Counted from the stretch's first letter, positions 1 to 10,136 are shown. The stretch is 64,000 bases of DNA from an uncultured Ignavibacteriales bacterium (GCA_964571235.1 CAZNAI010000003.1:592700-656699); one strand, 5' to 3'. Numbers and translations are program-made. Notes: generated by a model not told the origin, from the sequence alone.

Positions 1-398
1 ATTCCGCCCTGCTCGGCCCACTTTGAAATATATTGTCCGCCGCTCCCGAAAATGGCCAGCCAGGTATACCCGTCGCCGAGCAATTGAACCTGGGTTCGGA
101 AGACGATAAACAAAGTTGCGAAGACTGTGATCACGATCACCCTCGGCCAAAGGCCTCGTTCGAAGAGCCAGTCGGAAATCGAATCAATTGTGCGGTCGAG
201 GCGGGGAGTTGGGTCGCGCAGAAATGCCAGCGAAGTTACGACAGCGACTGTCACCCAGTACACAATCCACCAACCACTCGGCAGAAACGCCAGGTGGTTG
301 ATCCCCCACATGCTGGTCCACTTGAAATACGACGCCGCGCCAAAGAGCGCGAGCGTGGCGTAGAGCATTACCCAGGGCCAGGGGATTTTGCGGAGCAT
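1..398 (-). CDS. Multi-pass membrane protein, N-terminal part only (gene runs off the left edge); paralog of the N-terminus of 47882..49906
   Basis: My own minus-strand translation from ATG 398-396 reads MLRKIPWPWVMLYATLALFGAASYFKWTSMWGINHLAFLP...RTQVQLLGDGYTWLAIFG. It has hydrophobic helices. It shares WGINxxA(F/Y)LP and Rxxxx(L/F)LGDGYxxLA with the 674-aa protein at 47882. It is absent from the ORF track because there is no stop inside the window. Confidence 0.6.
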   Translation of the reverse strand, partial: MLRKIPWPWVMLYATLALFGAASYFKWTSMWGINHLAFLPSGWWIVYWVTVAVVTSLAFLRDPTPRLDRTIDSISDWLFERGLWPRVIVITVFATLFIVFRTQVQLLGDGYTWLAIFGSGGQYISKWAEQGG

Positions 399-446
399 GG
401 AGCAATATGTCAGTTGAAGGGAGCGGGGTCAAATGAGGGGGGAGAA

Positions 447-720
447 GGGGCAGGCAGGAAGCCTGCCGCCCACGGAACGAAACGAAGATGTCGGGTTTCT
501 CGGTGCGCCGTTTGGCGCACTCTCGGAACGCCGACCTACGAAGATTACGAGGGGGCAGACGAGGGGGTCTGCCGCCCGCGAGAATCGCGGTCAGGGGGAC
601 GCCTGACCGCGCACCAGGAAAGACGTGGTGCACGGGGACGTACACCACGCACAACCGGAAGTCGACCCTTCGACGAGCTCAGGGTGACTTGAACGGGCAG
701 GCAGGATGCCTGCCGCGCAG
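447..720. repeat. Mosaic of hairpin repeats: A (447-473), B (551-580), E (624-652), F (661-688), A (694-720)
   Basis: Each unit recurs elsewhere in the window, e.g. gggcaggcaggaagcctgccgc[cg]cac at 14211 and 22613, and gcagacgagggNgtctgccgc at 30171, 30255 and 63844. The mosaic lies between two minus-strand genes. Confidence 0.85.
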
Positions 721-732
721 GGAAAATCGTGG

Positions 733-3093
733 CTATTGTGCGGCCGAAGTATCCGGTGCCCACGAGGCGGTGATCGTTGGCCACGAGAAAGTGTGCACCA
801 CATCTTCTAAGCCGACGTCGTTGAGCGGATCGCGGGAACAACACATATTAATCGACCTGCTGTCGCCGAGAATATCCCAGACCGTGTTCATCTGTATGTA
901 GAAGTAACCCGGAGGCGTGTCGTAGATCTCCAAGGGAATGGCCGCGGACAGGTCATAAGTATCAATGCCTCCCGGCGTGTTGGTAATTGTTTCAAAGAGA
1001 TCGCGAGCCTCAGCGGCGACGACGTGGAGTCGGAGACGATTGAGGTCACCGTCGACATACGCGCTGAGCAGAAAGCCGGCAGGGTCGTTCTCCCAAAGTC
1101 CTTTGAGATTGTGGGATCCGTGCCAATCCCATTCGGTGGTGGTGGGCGGATCATTCGTATCGGTATAGTCTGCGTGGCCGCTGACAGTGGCCGTGCCGAA
1201 TGAGTTTTCCATGGCCGGGAAAATCACAGAATAGTAGTGGGGAGTCTCGTGGGGTTTGTCGCGAAAGGCGTGAATATCGGCGCGAAGGCGGGCGTCGATC
1301 ACAATTTTCCTCTCCAACGTTTCATAGTCATCTACTTTGTATGTGAAGAGTCCTTGCCAGGTGGTCAGGTTGACTACATTGCTGGTGCGTTTAGACAGTG
1401 GCGCGAGATTACTTGTTCCATCAATTTCAACAGTAACCGGCCCCACCGAACCTGCGCCGGTATTGGGGATAAAACAGGTGATCAGTTCCGGTGACCAGCT
1501 ATACACAAGCATATCAGTTCCGCCAACGAGCACTCTGCGAAGCGGCTCGCCGGGGTCAGGTCCGAATAGCCCGGTCACATACAGTGTATCGAAGTGTTCC
1601 ACGACCGCCATATACCGGATGCTCGGCGCCAGCAAACCAAAATCTCCTGCTCCTGCTGTATGCTTGAAAACAGTTTTCTTGCCGGGGGCCACCAGCGAAT
1701 CCGGGGTTGGATGGGCGTGGAGGTTTCGCTGTGACAAATCGCCGTAGATTGCCACATAGTCAAACGGTCGCTGGGGGGGAGATTCTTTGTACGACTGGTA
1801 TTCATTCGCGCCAAGTAACCGGTCGATCAGGAATCGCGCCACCAGGTTGCTGGCGTCACTGAATACGCTGTAGGTCCAGCCAAAATAGACACCGGCGTTT
1901 TTGGCTAAGACGGCATTCTTGAACGGCTGTGCAAACGGGCCGTCGCTACCACAAGCATCGATGTAGACCATTGAATTGTCAGACAGGTTTTGCCAGTAAT
2001 GAGTCACGAATCTTGAGGTGATTCCGTAGTGGGCCTGCATCACTGAGTCACCATTGGGAAGTACATCCAGAAGCGCAATCTGCACTGCAAGCCTCTTGGC
2101 CCGAAGATCGGCTCGGTAGGTTGGAACATTCGCGGCGGTGGTAATGGTGCTTGTCCAAAGGGCATAGGCGGAGTCGGTCATTGCGCCGTTAAAATACCCG
2201 GCGCCTCCGTGTGTGCTGAAGAAGAACACGCCTTCGCCATTGATGGTTCGAAGGGCCTCAACCGTTTCCTGGCCGGTGTATGATGAATACCCTCGTGCAC
2301 TTAACCAACCGGATAATGTTGACGTGATTGGCTGAAACACATTCCCGAGGGTGTTTAGGAATAGAGCATCAAGCGACTTCGGCAATCCACTCTTGGTCGC
2401 GGTCGGCAGAGCGGGAGAGAAGTACTGCGGCTCAGTCGGGGCGATCCGAATAGGAACCTCGGCCGGTTCCGGTGTGGCATGACTTTTCGTGTCGGCGGGC
2501 GCATGGTTTATCGCGGGTGGCGCCGGAAGGCGGTTGTTGGACACCATGAGTATGATGCTATCAGTGAAAATTGCCCAAACAGTACTCGGTGCGTGAATAA
2601 CCTGCGCGGTGTCAATCTCCGGCAGTCCATTTAGGTATGCGGCAATCTTGTTGTAGAAATCGGGGTCGCCGGCAAGAGAGTCGGCTAAATGAACAGTGTT
2701 GTCAATCACTGCCATGCGCACGACATCGTTCATCTCTCCGCACTGGACCATCGGGTTGAGCGAAATAAACATGTGATCGATGAGGGCAGTCAGATCGGCA
2801 ATGTCGATGAAGCCGTCGGGGGAGCCGTCGGTATTGCCTGCCTCAGGACAACAGAGCGGGTTGAGCGAAATGAACATGTGATCGATGAGGGCTGTCAGAT
2901 CTGAGATATCGACAATGCCATCGCCCGAGCAGTCGGTGTTGCCGCGAACAGTGCAACAGCCGGGATCAGCGTGGACCGGCTGGAAAACAGCCAGCAGAAT
3001 AGAAAAGAGCACAATCAATGTGAACCAAAAGATGTGTGAGAGAGCGGCCACGAAAGTCGGCCGATTCCTTACTGCAATTACAGGTGCGGACAT
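733..3093 (-). CDS. Secreted clan CD (gingipain/C25-like, caspase-fold) cysteine peptidase candidate with two N-terminal dockerin-like Ca-binding repeats
   Basis: Start ATG 3093 has GGGGAG 5 nt upstream, followed by an N-terminal TM/signal (FWFTLIVLFSILLAVFQPVHA). There are two ~41-aa repeats, CC..GNTD(C/G)S(G/P)DG(I/F)(V/I)DI(S/A)DLTALIDHMFISLNP. A His-Gly / Ala-Cys dyad context (FFFSTHGGAGY ... VYIDACGSDG) is typical of clan CD. Confidence 0.55.
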   Translation of the reverse strand: MSAPVIAVRNRPTFVAALSHIFWFTLIVLFSILLAVFQPVHADPGCCTVRGNTDCSGDGIVDISDLTALIDHMFISLNPLCCPEAGNTDGSPDGFIDIADLTALIDHMFISLNPMVQCGEMNDVVRMAVIDNTVHLADSLAGDPDFYNKIAAYLNGLPEIDTAQVIHAPSTVWAIFTDSIILMVSNNRLPAPPAINHAPADTKSHATPEPAEVPIRIAPTEPQYFSPALPTATKSGLPKSLDALFLNTLGNVFQPITSTLSGWLSARGYSSYTGQETVEALRTINGEGVFFFSTHGGAGYFNGAMTDSAYALWTSTITTAANVPTYRADLRAKRLAVQIALLDVLPNGDSVMQAHYGITSRFVTHYWQNLSDNSMVYIDACGSDGPFAQPFKNAVLAKNAGVYFGWTYSVFSDASNLVARFLIDRLLGANEYQSYKESPPQRPFDYVAIYGDLSQRNLHAHPTPDSLVAPGKKTVFKHTAGAGDFGLLAPSIRYMAVVEHFDTLYVTGLFGPDPGEPLRRVLVGGTDMLVYSWSPELITCFIPNTGAGSVGPVTVEIDGTSNLAPLSKRTSNVVNLTTWQGLFTYKVDDYETLERKIVIDARLRADIHAFRDKPHETPHYYSVIFPAMENSFGTATVSGHADYTDTNDPPTTTEWDWHGSHNLKGLWENDPAGFLLSAYVDGDLNRLRLHVVAAEARDLFETITNTPGGIDTYDLSAAIPLEIYDTPPGYFYIQMNTVWDILGDSRSINMCCSRDPLNDVGLEDVVHTFSWPTITASWAPDTSAAQ

Positions 3094-3313
3094 CTGATCT
3101 CCCCGATCGTGAATATGTGATATGCTACTTGTGTGTAGCTTTCTGTCAGAAATAGTTCGCAAGCGGACGCGTTGTCGATATTGGGGAATATAGCGCGAAA
3201 CCGGCTGAATCCAAGATAAAATTGGCCCCTATTGGCCGCGATACAGAAGTACATTTTGTATGCTCCTCCACAGGGACTTTCGCCAAGTGAACGATTCAGT
3301 TATCTTGAACGAT

Positions 3314-4096
3314 ATGACGAAGATAGATCGATTTGCAGAAGTAATCAGGGGAGAATTCCCGGACGACCGTCTGACCTTTCAGAAGTCGATTGCGACCTTT
3401 CATCCGGATTCAGCCGAGGAAGCCGCATGCCTGTTTAGGTTGGCAAACGCGCACTCTCAGCCGCTATATATTACCGGGTTCGGCAACAACATAGACCCGA
3501 TTGGCGAGCCGTTTACCAGCATGCTCACTGTGCGAACCGACCGGCTGAATGATCTGCTGGCAGTCCAGCCGGAGGATTTCTATGTCAAAGTCGGGGCGGG
3601 ATATCCGCTCAGAGAATTGAATACTGATTTGGAGCCACATGGGCTCTTCTGTCCGCTAGCCGACCTTCCGTATGTCGGGTCCATCGGCGGGGCGGTGGCG
3701 GTGAATCTGTCGGGGCAGTTGGGGGCGCATGCACTGCCAATCAAGCGGTATCTGATTCGAGCCGAGGTTGTCCTGCCAGAGGGTTCTCTCGTCACACCCG
3801 GTTCGGTTTGCTTCAAGTCAGTTTCCGGGTACGATGTGGTCAAGTTGTTCGCGCCATCATGGGGGATTCTGGGTCTGGTGGTATCGGCCACACTCAGAGT
3901 TTTGCCCATGTCGGCCAAATCGGAATACACCGGACTGAAACTCAACGCGATCGACCGCAATAATTTTCTGGCGGGACTAGATGCGCAAAATCAAGACACC
4001 GACGCAGTCTACTCGCGCAAGATCAAACAAAAGCTCGACCCGAACAATATCCTTCCCATCATTCAATCGGCCAACTTAGCCGCAGTGACCAAGTAA
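3314..4096 (+). CDS. FAD-binding (PCMH-type) oxidoreductase, GlcE-like
   Basis: FHPDSAEEAACLFRLANAHSQPLYITGFGNN followed by GGAVAVN resembles an FAD_binding_4 domain. The start was chosen at ATG 3314; the ORF track gives 3260. Confidence 0.55.
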   Translation: MTKIDRFAEVIRGEFPDDRLTFQKSIATFHPDSAEEAACLFRLANAHSQPLYITGFGNNIDPIGEPFTSMLTVRTDRLNDLLAVQPEDFYVKVGAGYPLRELNTDLEPHGLFCPLADLPYVGSIGGAVAVNLSGQLGAHALPIKRYLIRAEVVLPEGSLVTPGSVCFKSVSGYDVVKLFAPSWGILGLVVSATLRVLPMSAKSEYTGLKLNAIDRNNFLAGLDAQNQDTDAVYSRKIKQKLDPNNILPIIQSANLAAVTK

Positions 4097-4117
4097 TCCC
4101 GTAAGGCAGGTCGACTG

Positions 4118-5140
4118 ATGCACTTTGGACATTTGCCGCCAGGAGGACCGACCTCGGGAAGAGACCTAACGGCCGATCTGCGTCGGCCGGTAATCGAGTT
4201 TGCCGCCACCGATGTTGTCACTCTGCTCGATACCATGACAGTCGGAGAAGCACTCGACCGACTCAGGGGCAAAAAGCTCGGCGAAAAGATAGTCTATTTC
4301 TACGTTGTAGACGAAGCTCAGCGACTGGTCGGAGTTTTGCCGGTGCGACGCCTTCTCATGGCTCCGCTGGATGAACCGATAGCGGCGCTGATGCTGATCA
4401 ATGTCTATTCGGTGCGTGATCGGGCGACATTGCAGGAAGCATCGGAGATGATGATTCAACATCGGTTCATGGCATTGCCGGTGATTGATGAAGATGGTCG
4501 ACTCGTTGGTGTTTTTGATATTACAGTTTTTTCAGGGGAGATTGGTGACGCCGCGCATCAGCACGAGATAAACAGCGCTTTTCAGTTAGTCGGTGTGCAC
4601 GCCTCGCTGGGGCGGGAAGTCTCGTGGTGGTCGAGCTATCGCGATCGCTTTGTCTGGTTAATGGCCAATATCATCGGTGGAGGAATTTGTGCGCTGGTGG
4701 TGGCTTCACACGAACATCTCCTTGAGAAAGCCACCATGCTGGCGTTCTTCATTCCGATGATGCTCTCGGTGGCCGAGAGTGTAAGCATGCAATCTATGAC
4801 GCTCACGTTGCAAACCTCGACATCGGCAGTGTCATGGCGAATGCTCTGGCGGGCAGTGCGGCGGGAGTTACCGACCGCGTTTGGTTTGGGGATATCGAGC
4901 GCCGCAATTGTTTTCGCATTGTCGGCCCTTTGGAAAAAACACTTGCTGGCTTCGGTGTCGGTGGGATTGGCAATTATCGGTGCGGTCTTGTTGGCGTCGG
5001 CTTTAGGTGTCATTTTGCCGGCGGCAGTGCGCGCACTCAAAGCTGATCCAAAGGTCGCCTCCGGACCAATCGCGCTTGCGCTGGCCGACATTATTGCTCT
5101 ACTTTTGTTGTTTGAATTGGCTCAATCACTGTTGGGATAG
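4118..5140 (+). CDS. mgtE: MgtE-type Mg2+ transporter (CBS pair + MgtE membrane domain, no long N-domain)
   Basis: CBS-like segments are VGVLPVRRLL and ALPVIDEDGRLVGVFDI. The C-terminus has 5 hydrophobic helices with the MgtE-like GPIALALADIIALL motif. Confidence 0.7.
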   Translation: MHFGHLPPGGPTSGRDLTADLRRPVIEFAATDVVTLLDTMTVGEALDRLRGKKLGEKIVYFYVVDEAQRLVGVLPVRRLLMAPLDEPIAALMLINVYSVRDRATLQEASEMMIQHRFMALPVIDEDGRLVGVFDITVFSGEIGDAAHQHEINSAFQLVGVHASLGREVSWWSSYRDRFVWLMANIIGGGICALVVASHEHLLEKATMLAFFIPMMLSVAESVSMQSMTLTLQTSTSAVSWRMLWRAVRRELPTAFGLGISSAAIVFALSALWKKHLLASVSVGLAIIGAVLLASALGVILPAAVRALKADPKVASGPIALALADIIALLLLFELAQSLLG

Positions 5141-5147
5141 AAATCAG

Positions 5148-5525
5148 ATGAAAGCAAAAGAACATTCGATTGTCGCGGTGCTTGGTGCATCGCCCAAAGA
5201 AGACCGGTTTTCATACAAGGCGATTAAAATGCTCCGCGAGCACGGCCACTCGCCGATTCCGGTGCATCCGGCCGGTCACGATGTGTTGGGGATTCACGGA
5301 CTCAAATCGCTGGACGAAATTTCCGGGCAGGTGGATACGCTTACTATGTATGTGGGACCACAAATTTCCGACGGCGAACTCGACCGAATACTCAAACTGA
5401 AACCGCGACGGGTTATTTTCAATCCGGGCTCGGAGAACGAAGGGCTGGCCGAGAAGCTCCGTGGCGCGAGTATCGAAGTTGTCTTCGCTTGCACGCTGGT
5501 AATGTTGCAGACCGATCAGTTCTAA
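5148..5525 (+). CDS. CoA-binding domain protein (YccU/YneT-like)
   Basis: The sequence SIVAVLGASPKEDRFSYKAIKMLREHGHSPIPVHP matches the family. ATG 5148 lies right after the mgtE stop. The upstream part of the track ORF overlaps mgtE. Confidence 0.75.
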   Translation: MKAKEHSIVAVLGASPKEDRFSYKAIKMLREHGHSPIPVHPAGHDVLGIHGLKSLDEISGQVDTLTMYVGPQISDGELDRILKLKPRRVIFNPGSENEGLAEKLRGASIEVVFACTLVMLQTDQF

Positions 5526-5532
5526 TCAGCGA

Positions 5533-6237
5533 TCAATCACGCATGTGCTCCAACTTACTCATCTTGGCGCGTAGTGCAGTCGATATCGTCTCGGTCAACT
5601 CTTCCACATCGAGAAGTGCGGTGTTAACGATCAGGTCGTACCGAACAGGATCATCAATGTCGGCATTGAATTGGCGCAGGATAAACTGGCGGCGATCCGA
5701 GTCGCTTTTGGCTATATATTCTTTGGCTTGAATCGCCGCGAGGTTTCGGTACCTGACGAGATTATCGATTCGGGTGGCTACCGGTGCGACAACCCGGAGA
5801 TGAAGCCCCTGGTTTGGGCCAAGAATGAAATTTCCCCCTCGGCCCATGAGAATCACTCCACCCAGGCGGGACATCGACAAGGTCACCTGATACAAGTGCC
5901 GGAAATAATCGGAATGATCGACCATTTGTCCGGCGAAGACCCCCTCTACCAGGAGCGCCAGTTCGCTTCGGTTACGATCATCGAGCGACTCGACAATCCT
6001 CTTGACGTAACCGGAGTGCGAGCAGATGGCATCGATGGCTTCGCGGTCAACGCGCAAGTACCCGAGTTTCTGCGCCAGTCGCGAGGCCAGATATGAGCCG
6101 CGTGATCCGGCCTGACGGCTGACCGTGACGATTGGCGGAGCAAGCTTTGAGCTGGCCGCTGGCTGTTCGGTGGCAGATCGCCGCTCGGCTTCCCACTTGA
6201 GGATTTGACGATTAATGAGAGACTCAATAGAAGTCAT
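5533..6237 (-). CDS. Cytidylate kinase-like family protein
   Basis: The P-loop-like segment VTVSRQAGSRGSYLASRLAQKLGY and the overall length fit the cytidylate-kinase-like family. Confidence 0.6.
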   Translation of the reverse strand: MTSIESLINRQILKWEAERRSATEQPAASSKLAPPIVTVSRQAGSRGSYLASRLAQKLGYLRVDREAIDAICSHSGYVKRIVESLDDRNRSELALLVEGVFAGQMVDHSDYFRHLYQVTLSMSRLGGVILMGRGGNFILGPNQGLHLRVVAPVATRIDNLVRYRNLAAIQAKEYIAKSDSDRRQFILRQFNADIDDPVRYDLIVNTALLDVEELTETISTALRAKMSKLEHMRD

Positions 6238-6341
6238 GGCCCGGACTCCTTTCTTTCGCTACCACAATATATATCAAACCGGGTAATCGTGGAGAAAAAA
6301 GAAGGTGTTGGGATTGTGCGGTACGGTTACCGGGGTAGACC

Positions 6342-7535
6342 TTAAGGCCTGACGGCACCGCGAATGAGGTCTGCATATCGGGAAGAAAGCTGACCAGAGG
6401 CGTAGCGTTCGTAGGCGGATTTTTGGCCGGCCTGAGCAAGACGGTCGCGCAAGACTGAATCGCCGAGCATGCACGAGAGCATTTTGGCCAGATCGTCTGG
6501 GTCATCCGGGCGGGCCAATAGGCCGGTCTGACCGTCGGTGATTATGTCAGTTATCCCGCCGGAGGCCACGCCCACAACTGGTGCGCCGCAGAGCATTGCT
6601 TCGGATAGAGCAAGCCCGAAGCCTTCATCGACTGAGTTTAGGACAATCATCCCTGCCCGGCGGTAGACGCCCGCCAATTCGCTTTGAGTCACGGGTGGGT
6701 GGATTGTCACGTTACTCTGCAGTTGCAGAGAACGAATTTGTTGCTCGATTTGACTCTGGAGCGGTCCCGTTCCCCACAAATGTAATGTTGTGTGCGGAGC
6801 GCGACGGTTGACTTGAGAGAAAGCTCCAATAAGGACAGAGACACGTTTTTGATCGGTGAAACGGGTGACCGAGACAATCTGGTTATCGTTGCGCTCAACA
6901 GAGGTGTCCGGAAAAAACACCGACTCGTCGTGAGGGAGTGGAATGACTGACAACTTCTCACGAAAGATGGGATCAAGTAATGATATCTGTTCTCTTAGGT
7001 AGTTGGAAACAACCGTCCATCGGGATACTCGATGAATCAGGGGAGAAAAGTAGAGTCGCGCGGGGAGACGATATTTGCTTAGCAGTCGAATGTCGGTCCC
7101 GTGGGATGAGAGCAGGATTGGCAATCGTGTTGCCCCGGCGATCCGCCGCAACACAACGCCGGCTGGGACCAGCCAGTGTCCCCAAAGCAAATCGATATTG
7201 TCAGAGGCAATCAGGTTGTTAGCGGCTTTTTGGAAGGCGCGGAGAAATTTGGCAAATCTTGACAAGCCGCCTAAAGAGCCAAGCGCGACCTGATGCATAT
7301 TCCCCCGATAGGCAAGCGTTTCGCGATCATCGGTGTCATAGCGAAATCTGACAATTTCGATTCCATCACGCTCTTCTCGTTCCGGTGTGCCGGCGTCATG
7401 TGGAGCGAGTATGACAGGTTGGATGTTGTGCACCAACAGTGACTTGGCCAGCACATGCAGAAAAACCCCCGAAAAGTCACCGGGAAATCGCGGGTAATTG
7501 TGAGTCAGAAAGAGTACGCGAATTGGACGATCCAT
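6342..7535 (-). CDS. Glycosyltransferase family 4 (GT-B)
   Basis: N-terminus is MDRPIRVLFLTHNYPRFPGDFSGVF. The C-terminal EGFGLALSEAMLCGAPVV (EX7E region) is present. Start is ATG 7535. Confidence 0.8.
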   Translation of the reverse strand: MDRPIRVLFLTHNYPRFPGDFSGVFLHVLAKSLLVHNIQPVILAPHDAGTPEREERDGIEIVRFRYDTDDRETLAYRGNMHQVALGSLGGLSRFAKFLRAFQKAANNLIASDNIDLLWGHWLVPAGVVLRRIAGATRLPILLSSHGTDIRLLSKYRLPARLYFSPLIHRVSRWTVVSNYLREQISLLDPIFREKLSVIPLPHDESVFFPDTSVERNDNQIVSVTRFTDQKRVSVLIGAFSQVNRRAPHTTLHLWGTGPLQSQIEQQIRSLQLQSNVTIHPPVTQSELAGVYRRAGMIVLNSVDEGFGLALSEAMLCGAPVVGVASGGITDIITDGQTGLLARPDDPDDLAKMLSCMLGDSVLRDRLAQAGQKSAYERYASGQLSSRYADLIRGAVRP

Positions 7536-7603
7536 CCTTGATATTGTACACGCTTGCACCACACGGAAAAACATAAATATTGGCCTGAACCAAAGCGGAC
7601 GGT

Positions 7604-8590
7604 ATGTTTGCCTCACCTATGCCAGATCACCGGTCACCATCGCTTGACTTTGCGCTCGAAATTGACTTCAGCGGCGTGCTGACTAATCCCATTTTGGATA
7701 TTGCGGCACGGGTCTGGGAACCGAGTCGGTACGAGGCATTTCAAGTTTGCTATCGGTCGATGCGGCGCATCGATGATCTGGTGGATGACCTTAAAGCCGA
7801 ATATGGCGCTGTGCCAAGTGATTTGGCGGTTCATGCAGAGCGGGAGATTGCCCTTTGGCTTGGCAAGTTGCAGGCCGGATCGCTCGACGACGACTACGGC
7901 CGTTTGTTTCTCGCGACTGTTCAGTCATTTGCTATTCCGCTGTGGCCGTGGGAGCGGTTGGGTCAAGCGATGGTGTTTGATCTACAGCACGAAGGGTTTG
8001 CCAATTTCCATGTCTTTTTGCGATACTGCGAAGGAGCGGCGATTTCCCCGGCGGCGGTTTTCATGCATCTCTGCGGGGTCAGACGAGTCGGTGAGGAGTG
8101 CGAGCCGCCAGAGTATGACATCCGAAAAGCGGCGCGGGAACTGGCGATTTTTTCGTATCTGACACACATCATGCGCGACTATGAGAAAGACCAAAAGGCC
8201 GGATTAAACTATTTCGCCGATTCGATTCTTCGTCACGCCGGAATTACCGCACATGAAGTTCGTGTGTTGGCTGAGTCGGGAAAAGTTGACGGTCGTCTAC
8301 GTGAAGTATTTAGGATCTATCATGCCACCGCAAAGCGATACCAGCAACAAGCGCGAGCAGTGGTTGATTCAACCTTAGTCCAACTCGAACCACGGTATCA
8401 ATTGAGTCTGGAATTAATCTTTGCGCTGTACAGTCAGATATTTGAGCGGATCAACCCGGCCACCGGTGGTTTTGGCAAAGACGAGCTCAATCCGTCGCCA
8501 GCGGAAGTGGCTGGAGCAGTTCAGAGAACCATCGAGCGATTTCGCCCCGTCGAGGGCAGTGGTGCAAGCCACAGAGATTCAATGCGTTAG
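7604..8590 (+). CDS. Squalene/phytoene synthase family protein
   Basis: An Asp-rich motif (RRIDDLVDD), YCEGAAISPAAVF and a second acidic motif (MRDYEKD) are present. Confidence 0.7.
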   Translation: MFASPMPDHRSPSLDFALEIDFSGVLTNPILDIAARVWEPSRYEAFQVCYRSMRRIDDLVDDLKAEYGAVPSDLAVHAEREIALWLGKLQAGSLDDDYGRLFLATVQSFAIPLWPWERLGQAMVFDLQHEGFANFHVFLRYCEGAAISPAAVFMHLCGVRRVGEECEPPEYDIRKAARELAIFSYLTHIMRDYEKDQKAGLNYFADSILRHAGITAHEVRVLAESGKVDGRLREVFRIYHATAKRYQQQARAVVDSTLVQLEPRYQLSLELIFALYSQIFERINPATGGFGKDELNPSPAEVAGAVQRTIERFRPVEGSGASHRDSMR

Positions 8591-8724
8591 GTCCGAAGTT
8601 GGCGAGTCAAATTTTCGGGAAGGAAACGACTGCTCGCCGGTAGTAGAAATGCAAATGTGGAAATATTCGTTACGAGAACCGCTCTCGAACAAAGAGCGGC
8701 GGTCAAATGTATAAAGAGGTGAAT

Positions 8725-10080
8725 ATGCGAAAAGCAGTAGTTCTGTTGGTGGTTGTTCTGCTCGGATCATCCCTAAGGGCGGCAGACATTGCAGTCACGG
8801 TCTACAATGATAATCTGGGCGTGGTCAATGAAATCCGCTCGCTTGATTTCAAAAGCGGCATCGGGCAACTCAGTTTCACCGACGTCCCGGCACTGATCGA
8901 CGCAAGCTCGGTCAGATTCGATCTGGTCGGGGGCGGCAAATCGGTCACGATTCTCGAACAAAACTACGCCTATGATCTGGTCGGTCCGGAGCAGATGTAC
9001 GCCAAGTACATCGACAAGCAGATTGAATTGACTGACGAAAAGGGGAATATCTACAAGGGGACACTCTTGTCGTACTCGGGTGGGTCGGCCATTATCCGGG
9101 AAGAGAGCGGGCGGGTGAAAATTGTATCGCTGGGTAAGATCACCGAAGTGAATTTCCCGGTGCTTCCCGAAGGTCTGATCACACGTCCGACTTTGCTCTG
9201 GAAATACAACTCATCGACTTCCGGCAAACAAAACTGCAATGTGAGTTATCAGACAAGCGGGATGTCGTGGACAGCTGAATATGTCGGGGTTCTCAATCCG
9301 ACGGAAAATCAGATCGGACTATCGGGGTGGTCGTCGATAACCAACAACTCGGGAAAGACCTACGAAAACGCCAAGCTCAAACTTATCGCCGGGACGATCA
9401 ATCGCGCCCAGCGGCCGATGATGTACGCCAAGGGGCGGACGACAGAAATGTTCGCCGATGGCCTGGCCGCCTCCGCGCCGTTCGAAGAAAAGGCGTTTTT
9501 CGAATATCATATGTACACCCTTCCGCGAAATGCGACACTGGCTGACAAAGAACAAAAGCAAATTTCGCTTTTTGATCCGGCCAAGGGAACGGTCGCAAAG
9601 GAGTTCCTGTACCGGCCGTCAGCCGACACCAAAGCGGTAAAAGTGATGGTCAAACTGAAAAACAGCAAAGAATCGGGACTGGGAATGCCTCTACCGGCGG
9701 GTCGAGTGCGGATGTTCAAAGCCGACACCGACGGCATGTTGGTGTTGCTGGGTGAGGACCAGATCGAGCACACGCCCAAAGACGACAGCTTGAAAGTTGA
9801 TATCGGCACCGCTTTCGATATTACAGCCGAAGAGAAGACGATGAACATCACGCGGGTATCGAACAATGTCGAGGAACGCGATTTCGAGATCGAATTGCGC
9901 AATCGCAAGAGCGAAGGGGTGACAGTTCGAGTGGAAAAAGACCTTTGGAGTTATTGGGAAGTGTTAAGTTCGAGCTTGCCCTGGAAGAAACAGGATGCCC
10001 AGTTGGTGTCGGTTTCAGTGCCGATTAAGGCCAATGAAGTGGTGACCTTGAAAATGAAAGTCAGGTTCACTTCCCGCTAA
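8725..10080 (+). CDS. DUF4139-like secreted protein
   Basis: A signal peptide (MRKAVVLLVVVLLGSSLRA) is followed by DIAVTVYNDNLGVVNEIR, which I recall as typical of DUF4139. Confidence 0.55.
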   Translation: MRKAVVLLVVVLLGSSLRAADIAVTVYNDNLGVVNEIRSLDFKSGIGQLSFTDVPALIDASSVRFDLVGGGKSVTILEQNYAYDLVGPEQMYAKYIDKQIELTDEKGNIYKGTLLSYSGGSAIIREESGRVKIVSLGKITEVNFPVLPEGLITRPTLLWKYNSSTSGKQNCNVSYQTSGMSWTAEYVGVLNPTENQIGLSGWSSITNNSGKTYENAKLKLIAGTINRAQRPMMYAKGRTTEMFADGLAASAPFEEKAFFEYHMYTLPRNATLADKEQKQISLFDPAKGTVAKEFLYRPSADTKAVKVMVKLKNSKESGLGMPLPAGRVRMFKADTDGMLVLLGEDQIEHTPKDDSLKVDIGTAFDITAEEKTMNITRVSNNVEERDFEIELRNRKSEGVTVRVEKDLWSYWEVLSSSLPWKKQDAQLVSVSVPIKANEVVTLKMKVRFTSR

Positions 10081-10136
10081 GACGATTGCACGTTGACAGC
10101 GGAAAAGTGCCGCTGTAAATTTGCCGTTTCGAAGGT

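Noticed and set aside
33-901. Track ORFs 33..692(+), 184..654(-), 488..901(+), 545..844(-)
   Set aside because: They run through the hairpin-repeat mosaic (447-720) or antisense to the real minus-strand membrane gene (1..398). Their Arg/Pro/Gly-rich composition is typical of translated GC-rich repeats.
2740-2920. Diversity-generating retroelement template/variable repeat pair
   Set aside because: The two ~60-bp DNA repeats encode the two dockerin-like modules in frame. Their differences are not adenine-specific and no reverse transcriptase is present.
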